DNA of 64,000 bases from the human T2T-CHM13v2.0 reference genome, Homo sapiens: the NCBI RefSeq assembly GCF_009914755.1, contig NC_060928.1; one strand, 5' to 3'. The notes beneath the pieces are model-generated. The model saw only the letters and a list, made by a program, of their open reading frames with translations, did not search any database and had not been told where the DNA came from. Numbering within the stretch: position 1 is the stretch's first letter; each line of letters starts with the position of its first letter. This document shows, piece by piece, positions 55,848 to 64,000 of the stretch. Made by a program: the position numbers and the translations under genes.

Positions 55848-56043
55848 ATTCATTTTGAATTGTTGAATTATTTATTTTATTTTGAAGAGGTTTTCTATAA
55901 AAGAAAGCAGAGAAATGGTACAGTAACTGAAGGGATTTGGTACCAAGAATGGTATGTTTTTTGTTTGTTGCTTGTTTTGAAATAGGATAACATGCATTAT
56001 GTTTTAAAACTGATGGAAATGATTCTTAAAAACAGCAGAGAGT

Positions 56044-56340
56044 AGCCGGGTGCAGTGGCTCACGCCTGTAATCCCAGCACTTTGGGAGGCCGAGGTGGGC
56101 AGATCACTTGAGGTCAGGAGTTTGAGACCAGCTAACACAGTGAAACCCCATCTCTACTAAAAATAAAAAAATTAGCTCAGTGTGGTGGCATGCACCTGTA
56201 ATCCCAGCTACTTGGGAGGCTGAGGCAGGAGAACCGCTTCAACCTGGGAGGTGGAGGTTGCAATAAGCTGAGATCATGTCACTGCTCCCCAGTCTGGGTG
56301 ACAGAGGCAGAATCCATCTCAAAAAAAAAAAAAAAAAAAA
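56044..56340 (+). mobile_element. AluS within an L2 fragment
   Basis: Full dimer with 20-A tail; flanks resemble antisense L2. Confidence 0.9.
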
Positions 56341-57270
56341 GGTGATGACACTGGAGTGGGAGGGGAGACGGGAAGCAGTGCCCCAGAGGAAGAGCTACCT
56401 TAGAAAGAAACACTGAAAGGCCTTCCATTTAACAGGTAGAAGGTGGGAAACTATAATTTCCTACAGACAGGAAAGTAGATTTTTGGATGGACAGCGTGGA
56501 ACAGCAAGTAAAGTCTTCAGCTTAGTATGAGGAAAAAGGAGACATTAAATTGGGCTTTTGAAGAGATAGGAGAGATAAGAAATGTGGTTAGGGATGGAGA
56601 CAGAGAAGAATTAGCAGCCTAAGGAAATGTAGGCAGATTGATAGGAACTTTTGAAGGCCCACTAGAATTTTTAGTTACGAATTTTAAAATAAGACAAGTC
56701 ATCATAGTGGAATATTTTTCTCCTGCCATGATAGGCTGCTTGGATGCTGGTACTGAACATGTCAGCAGTTGAATTTAGTCAGGTTAGGCAAAGCCTGAAT
56801 TAGTCAGGTTAGGCAATTATCCAAGAGTGCAAATGAGTAGATATATGTGTTAAATTTTGAAATATTAATCAAACTTTGCCAGCTGGACCGAAGAGGAGAT
56901 TCAGATAGATGGAACCAAATATGCAAAGCTATGAAAGAGTGAAATGTTATAGTGTGTTCAGAAAACTACATGTAGTTCTATGTTGTTGGTGCAAAAAGTG
57001 GACATGCAGGAAAGGTGTCAGGAGACAATACTACAGACACTAGTGGCCTCGTGTTTTCTGCCAGCAGGTAAATCTACTAAAATATCAGACAGCAAAAGGA
57101 ATCCAATGGCATATATGGTAAGAATATTAGAATTTACAACAGAGAACTATTGAAGGGTTTTAATTAGAAGGATGATATGATTAGTTTTGTATTGTAGAGA
57201 GAGTACCCTGGCAGCAGTGCAGCAATGTGGATTCTATACTGGAGTTGTTAAAGATTGCATATGTGGATTC

Positions 57271-57735
57271 TGTGGTAGGCAAAGTAATGGCCCTTCAAGG
57301 ATATTTACCTCCTAATACCCAGAACCTGGGCATGAGTTACTATACATAGCGAAAGTGATTAAGTTAAGGATCTTGGGATGGGTGGATTACCTGTGCAGGC
57401 CTAGTGTAGCTACAAAGGTCTTTATAAGGGGAAAGAAGAGGCAGAACAATTAAGAGAAGGCGATGCGACTACAGAAACAGAGAGAAAATGAGGTATATTT
57501 GAAGATGGCGTACAGCTGTCTCGAAAATAGAAGAAACCAAGGAGTGCAGGTGGCTTCTAGAAGCTGGAAAAGGCAGGAAAACAGATTCTCCTGAGAGCCT
57601 CCAGAAGATACGCAGCCCTTCCAACACCTTCATTCTAGCCCTGTGAGACTTCTGACCCTCAGAACTGTAAGAAAATCAATAAAAGTTGTTTTAAGCCACT
57701 AGGTTTCTGGTAATTTGTTACAGCAGCAATAGAAT
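57271..57735 (+). mobile_element. MLT1D solo LTR
   Basis: tgtggtaggcaaagtaatggccc...gtaatttgttacagcagcaatagaa. Confidence 0.85.
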
Positions 57736-57949
57736 TTCAACTAGGAATTTATTGCAGTAATCCAGGTAATGATGGAGACTTCTGAACAACAGTGAAAACA
57801 GCAAACTCACTGGGTAATTATTAGAGATGTGACCAGAGAAAATTAGTGTTCTGATGTCCAGATCAAAAAGAAATTGCTGTCAAAGAGGGAATGTGACAGA
57901 TGAGTAATTTACTGCCATAAATCATTTTTTTTCCTTCCACAGTACAATA

Positions 57950-60127
57950 ATGTTACTATAAAGTGGCTGCCTAGAAAGAGACTACATTTCTCTGTTCCCT
58001 TGCAAGTAGGGATCATGAGGCTTGTTAGTGCTAATGGAATGTGAACAGAAATGCTGTGTGTCACTTTTTAAAGTCAAATAGCTTAAAAAAGAAAAAACCC
58101 AGATGTGCATTCTATAGTCTCCCATTCACCATACACTAGGTAAGTGTAGAAGATTCCAAGGTTCTGAGTGGCAGAGCAGCAGAAAGGTGCAGAGCCACAA
58201 TTTAAAAGAAGGTCCCCAAATCTCCACATGGAAGGTCATCTGCTGACCGGGAATGCCTACATAGGTCTGTATGATAAGGAAGATATATACACTTCTGGTT
58301 TTGTAAGTCATTGATTTTGGGGATTTATTTCATAAAAAAATGATATTGCAACTGGGATATTATTTTAACAGAATCCTAAAATATGTGTCATTGTTGAGTA
58401 GATAAAATTGATGTAAGATGTTGGAAAGATGGAGAGCCGTGCTATGCATTGGCAATAAACTTGAAAAAACTTGGCTGACAATAATAAAGGAGTACTTGCC
58501 AAACTTGTAGCTCTAAGTTAGAATGTTTGTGTTAGCTTGTTACTGGCCATATTTAGCAAGTTTTTCGAAGAAAGATGAGCTTAGACATGAATTGACACAT
58601 GTGCAAGCAAAAGTGAAAGGGAATAGAAAGAATCCAGTTATTTGGGATTTCTCACAATTGGAAAATCTGCATGATTCTAGAACTCAAACATGAATAGATA
58701 AAACTGAATAAAATTGAACACAAAAAACCTTTACTTTTCTCAGTTAAACAGAGTGACTACATTTCTCCATTCCCTTGCGAGTAGGGATCATGCGCCTTGT
58801 TGCATGAATTCCTACCACAGAGCTGGTTCAATATCTAATCAAGAATAATTTCAACTTTGCCAAGTACCAATGACTACTGTATGACTCTCATTCACCCCCT
58901 CCATCATTGCATTTCATAATGTCACCAGATAACTAGTTAATAAAGCAAAACTAAAAATTTTTAGAACTTACTGCAGTAAGAGAAAATGCCATCTTGATGG
59001 AGGCTTAGCAGTGTCTCAGAAGGGAGAAGTCAGAAGTGGGATATTTACAGGGTTTCAGAGTCTGCGATCAATTGGTTAAAGGCAAGGTCAAGGTGGAGAA
59101 CCGTTTGAAACAGGGCAAAGTACTGTGTGACATAATAGTTTAGGAATGGCTGATGCAATTGAAAGAAAGGTCTTGAACCAAAGCCTTTATAAGTAAGCTG
59201 TTTTTATAAGCGAGCCATTCACCCAAGTAAGCAGACTATTGTGCTTGGGGGAAAAAATGATCTGTGGAAATTTCCTGAGGCAAACTATGAAGTTGTTTCT
59301 TGATTTACAGACTTGTCTTTCCTAGTCAAAATTTTGCTGGAACAAGCAACAAATTGTGGTCCACAATATTTATCTAAATAATATTGACATATAAGGCATT
59401 AATTCTCACACTTCTAGCTATCCCATTCATGCCCCTCCATGACAGGGGGTCAGAGGTGCCTTTTAAGTCAAATGTTGCCAACTTGGGAGGAGCCACATTC
59501 AAGCCTGGTGGAGAGACAGCCTCATGACCTAGAAATCTAGGATTTTGACGATGTAGTGATTGGAGGAACCATCTTACATAGTGTACTCTTACACGGCTCC
59601 TCGGAAAGAAAGCAGTTGTATTGTGTTTAGAAAGATGTTTGCACATGGATATTGGTTGCCCAGTTGGGTGGACATGTAAGAAACACTTCATGATCCACTT
59701 ACATGGTGGACCATGTAAGATCACTAAAACTATGTGCTTCCCTTCCATTGAAAAGAATTATCGCTGAGAATCAGCTGCCCATCTAGAGACTACGTTTTTC
59801 AGCTTCCTGTGTGACCAGGTGGAGCCTTGTGATAGTTCCCAACAATATGAATGTGATTTGAGTGGAGATGATGTGGGCCACTTTCAGACCTAGAATCTGT
59901 AAAATAGGTGTGCATTTTCCATTTTCTCTTTCTCCATCTGGAAGGCAAAAAAAAAAAAAAAAATGGAAGAAGGTAGATCCTTGAATCCATGCATGGAATG
60001 TTGCCTGCAGACCAGACGGGCCCACATTGGTTTGCTACATGTGAAAGAAACAAACTTCTGTTGGGTTAAGTCACTGAGAGTTGGAAGCATATTTAGAATA
60101 GCAGATAGCAGTATCCTAGCTAATACA
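57950..60127 (+). mobile_element. Old MaLR (MLT1H/J-like) LTR-internal-LTR remnants with a nested LTR at ~58920-59389
   Basis: gactacatttc LTR motifs at 57980 and 59789; 3' end tcctagctaataca; nested TG...CA element; subfamilies uncertain. Confidence 0.5.
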
Positions 60128-61513
60128 TGGGGATATCATAAAATATAAAATGTATAATATGAATTCATAGAGTGACATTTTATACATTAATTGAAAAAGC
60201 AATACAAAGACATATTTATGTAACCAAGTTATTTTTTGTAATAACAGAAAAGCATCTATATAAATAGAAGAAACAAGGAAAAATATCCATTAAGTCTTCA
60301 TTAATAAAAATTTGTGACTATTGTGGCTACTGATAATTTCTATCTTACTATTTATGCTTTTTTGAATTTTCCAAATGCTCTATACTTAATACGAATTACT
60401 TCTGATATAAGAAAAATATGAATTTTTAAAAAGTTGTCACTATTAATAACCTTTTTCAGATTTGGGCTTGAAGATGCTCTTTTAAAAAAAGCAACTTTTT
60501 AAGTCATTTTTTCCAAATGATAGTGTCCAGTAGGTAACATCATTATAATCTTTATTAGAGCAAAGTTTAAGAAGTGTAAGGGTGAAACAACAGTTTTTCA
60601 GACATGAGTGACCTAATACTGTGACTCCTAATTAAGAACCATCATTAGGGCAAGAAATTCGTTCCTGAAAGCATTTGGGATCAGAGAGGAGTTGCTGGTA
60701 GTGGTATCTTTCTCCCCTGAGAAATGCTGAAGTGTCATCCAATTCTAACTACCTGTGAAAACTTGCTTCCTATCACCATGGCAGCAGGGCGGATCGTCTT
60801 GATTAAAAAGGTTTCTACTCTCAATCCCATGAGGGTAAAATCAGCACTTCCAGACGCGGATGAGTCATTGCTTTTGGCCTCATTAATGTGGTGGAGCTCT
60901 TCCGTCTGCTAACAAAAAACATTTAACCAAATGAATAAAATGATGCAGCCAAGCAGTGAGAATTCCAGCAAGCAATTCCAAAGCCTAACTTTGCTTTGGA
61001 AGTGGAGAAGGCGAGCTTTTTAGCAAAACAACAAAACAAAACAAAAAATAGCTATAGAAAAATACATTAACCCTTAAATATGCATGTTCTTCAAAGAGCC
61101 AAAACTATCTGGTTGTTAGAAGAAAAGATTAATTTAAGTATATACAGTGCATAGAAAACCAAAGCAGTATTCCATTTAGTCTTGTAGAACAAACAACGTT
61201 GTTATGATGAAGAGTTCCTGGTAGAATGTGGCCTTTTCAGAAGATAATTGGAGGCAGAGGGGAGGATGTCTTCCTGCTGCTGAAACAGAAGTTGAGTAGA
61301 CAGGAAATAGAAACCCTAGTGAACAGTTTTGCATGGAGACGAGCCAATTAGGCAGTTGAAAACATTCTGGAAACAACCACGTGGCTTTTGAAACCATGTT
61401 TTATTAAGAGAAAGAACATAAAAGAGATTGAGATGGACCAGAAAAAGAAAATGCAACTGTTCAAGTCAAATTTAACTGTGAAAGTAAGGATTCATGATCA
61501 AATTTTCCCAGGG

Positions 61514-61515
<2 letters not shown>

Positions 61516-61566
<51 letters not shown>
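61516..61566. repeat. Perfect (AC)25 microsatellite
   Basis: Direct read. Confidence 0.97.
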
Positions 61567-61569
<3 letters not shown>

Positions 61570-62543
61570 CACTGCACAGAAAATACAGCATTCAAATTAG
61601 AATTTTTTTTCTCTCTTTCCCCCCTAACCATACAGGCAGACTTCAGCACAAATAACTAATGAAGCACCATTTTTTTTTTTGTAAAGGTGACACTCTAAAA
61701 TTTCACAATTTTTAATACAGCGACTGCCAATATTCTTACATGAAGACTCTTGCTCAAGATTCTGGTTCCAAAGAGAGCATCTTTGAAATGGAGCAAGATG
61801 ACACCTGCATGGTTCTTCAGTGGAAAGGCTCATAACTTGTTAATAAGAGCTACAAAAAGCTAAGAGTATCTTTAGAAAGCAGAGTGAACATATCTTGTTA
61901 TTTAAAACATTACAATGTAGATCAATTTGGTAATAAGACAGCAAAACAGAAGAAAACACTGAAGCTGAAATACATGGCTACAAGTGAAGCTGGAGAGCAG
62001 CTTGGGGTGTCCTGAGGTCAAAGGCATACTGTAGATGAATTACAGCAAGCGAGTCCTCAGTTGCTCTGAGCAAAAGCAGTCATGATTTCTCAGACACAGC
62101 CTGGAAGAAATCCAATAAAGTAAACAACACAGATTTAGGGACTCCAGAGACCTCTAACGAAATGGGGTTATTGAAGAGAAAATACCCAAATGTGAATTGT
62201 AAACTAAACAAGTGCAGGAAATAAAGAGGCAGTGGCCATGTTTAGTCTGAAATGTGCTGATCAATTGAATTCACATTTCCTAAAACACTCTGATTTTGCT
62301 TGGGTTGGATGGATGCTTGATTTTCCACAGAACAGAGCACGGCAGTAGTCAGTAATAAAGGGCACACTAACACGGCAAGATTGATGGCAAAATACTTGTG
62401 GAAGTTATAAGATTGTTTTTAAAAAAATCTGTGGTGCATAAGATCTACTAACAGCTGTTGCCCATGGTCCATGCTAAGGACTACTTACTAGTCTTTTTCT
62501 GATTTTTCTGGGACATCTACCCTACCTAGGAAATCCAGACAGG

Positions 62544-62571
62544 TCTCTCTCTCTAGCTCAGCTCAGCAGTG

Positions 62572-62603
<32 letters not shown>

Positions 62604-62612
62604 ACTCTCTCT
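62544..62612. repeat. (CT)n tract
   Basis: Direct read. Confidence 0.85.
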
Positions 62613-63249
62613 AATTTTACCTTAAATAAGGGCTTCAGAGAACAATTGTTCAGATTAAATTGTGGATGTTGAGTTTATTTAGTATTCCATCTGTGTAAAG
62701 ATGAAGGCGAGAAATTCCTTCTCGTTCATGAGATACTAGATTAATAATTATTTAAAATCTTCATTTTACTTATTCAAAAATTGAACTGTATAAGCCCCAA
62801 GTAACATAGGACAAAGAATGTGAGACAAGTTTAGATCATCTTTATATTTTTCTTGCTTGGTAAATATCTCATTGGGATAGTATGGATTGGTTAAAACCTG
62901 GATTCAAAGATTTGGATAGTCAAGTAGTATTGAATTCCTACGTTGTCAAAGATTGTTCCATAGGGTAGTAAATGAGTAGCAATCAATTCTCATATTTATC
63001 CTTTGAGTTTTCCAGGTTCTTTTTTACCAACCCAGGATCATATTCGTCATACTGTGATTAAGATGTGTGAAAACGTGCTTCTCTGAAGTCTCTTGTATCA
63101 CTTTCCACCAAGGGCCATAAAATGCCACCATTCTGGATGTCTCAGTTTTATGGTTTTTAAAGCAATCCCAGAATCAAAGGATTACAGATAAGGACTCATG
63201 ATCAGCGTTATCAAGTGGTTAATTCTTCCCCAATATCATCCTCATCCAG

Positions 63250-63645
63250 GAGTCTTCCAAATTGGATTACCAGGAAGGCAAGAATAAATTAGGGGCACAA
63301 AATCTTCATTAGGATCCACACATGTGAAGAAAAGGGGATGAAACAGAACTTGATATAGGAAGAAGCTGAACTGCAGTGGAGTGGCAACAAACCTTGGCTA
63401 ACCCAATAGGAAGCTCTCAACGGAGTATGGGCCTTCAGAGCGTCCCACAACAACTTGAAATAGCCGGTCTTTAGACTTCTCTGGTCCGTCATGCTATGCG
63501 GGCTGCCCTAGAAAGGGCATGGCCTTGATTCTCTGTAGCTGAGGCTGACTTTGAAGAAGCTGACAGCTGTAGGTTTTTGAATATCACACTCACCACAAGC
63601 TGAGAGCAAGACTTTGTTTGAAGGAGATTTGGACAGTGCTTCTTC
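63250..63645 (-). mobile_element. LTR16-like ERVL LTR
   Basis: gaagaagctgaactgcagtg...aggaagctct...gggctgccctagaaagggcatggccttg. Confidence 0.6.
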
Positions 63646-63689
63646 TTTATCAAAGGAGCTTTTAAAATTTCCTTTTAAAAATAGTCCAC

Positions 63690-64000
63690 TCATATGTCCA
63701 CACAAAAACTTGCAAATGAATGTTTAAAGCAGCATTACATATAATATCCAGAAAGTGGGAACAACCCAAATGTCCATTAACGGATGAGTGAATACATAAA
63801 ATATGTATCCATACAGTGGAAAAATATTTGGCAATAAAAATAAATGAAATATTGATTGACGCTACCACATGGGTGAACCTTGAAAGCATAATGCTAAATG
63901 AAAGAAGCCAGCTACAGAAGACCACATATTGTATGATTCTATTTATATAAATAGCAAGTCTATAGAGAAAGAAAATAGATTAGTGGTGGTTGCTTGCTTA
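63690..64000 (+). mobile_element. L1MB/MC 3'UTR fragment (runs off window)
   Basis: atatgtccacacaaaaacttg...gaaccttgaaagcataatgctaaatgaaagaagcc. Confidence 0.8.

Noticed and set aside
60200-64000. Exons of the next gene (CAMK2D is the known convergent neighbour of ANK2)
   Set aside because: No kinase-like coding sequence or convincing terminal exon seen; presumably beyond the window

Overview
Primate, most likely human, genomic DNA. The first ~8.5 kb is the 3' end of ANK2 (ankyrin-B) on the + strand. The terminal exon opens at 6179 with GAC AAC AAT GAG TAA (DNNE*), the end of the canonical ankyrin-B C-terminus (...EQSEDNNE). A ~2.3 kb 3'UTR follows, ending at a strong polyA site near 8433-8460. 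The same exon has a second open frame of 60 codons (to 6362). A 92-nt cassette exon (2812-2903) would switch splicing into that frame, and a candidate 19-nt microexon (3338-3356) would switch it back, giving a combinatorial C-terminal frame switch. The remaining ~55 kb is intergenic and repeat-rich: many Alus, MaLR/ERVL/ERV1 LTRs, a full-length THE1A provirus, a triple-nested DNA transposon, an apparently spliced L1PB retrocopy, adjacent 7SL and U1 retrocopies, a full-length inactive L1PA3/4, microsatellites and a strong CTCF motif. No other protein-coding gene, tRNA, rRNA or CRISPR array is supported. Repeat subfamily names and the gene call come from recalled consensus or protein sequence and need RepeatMasker/BLAT confirmation.
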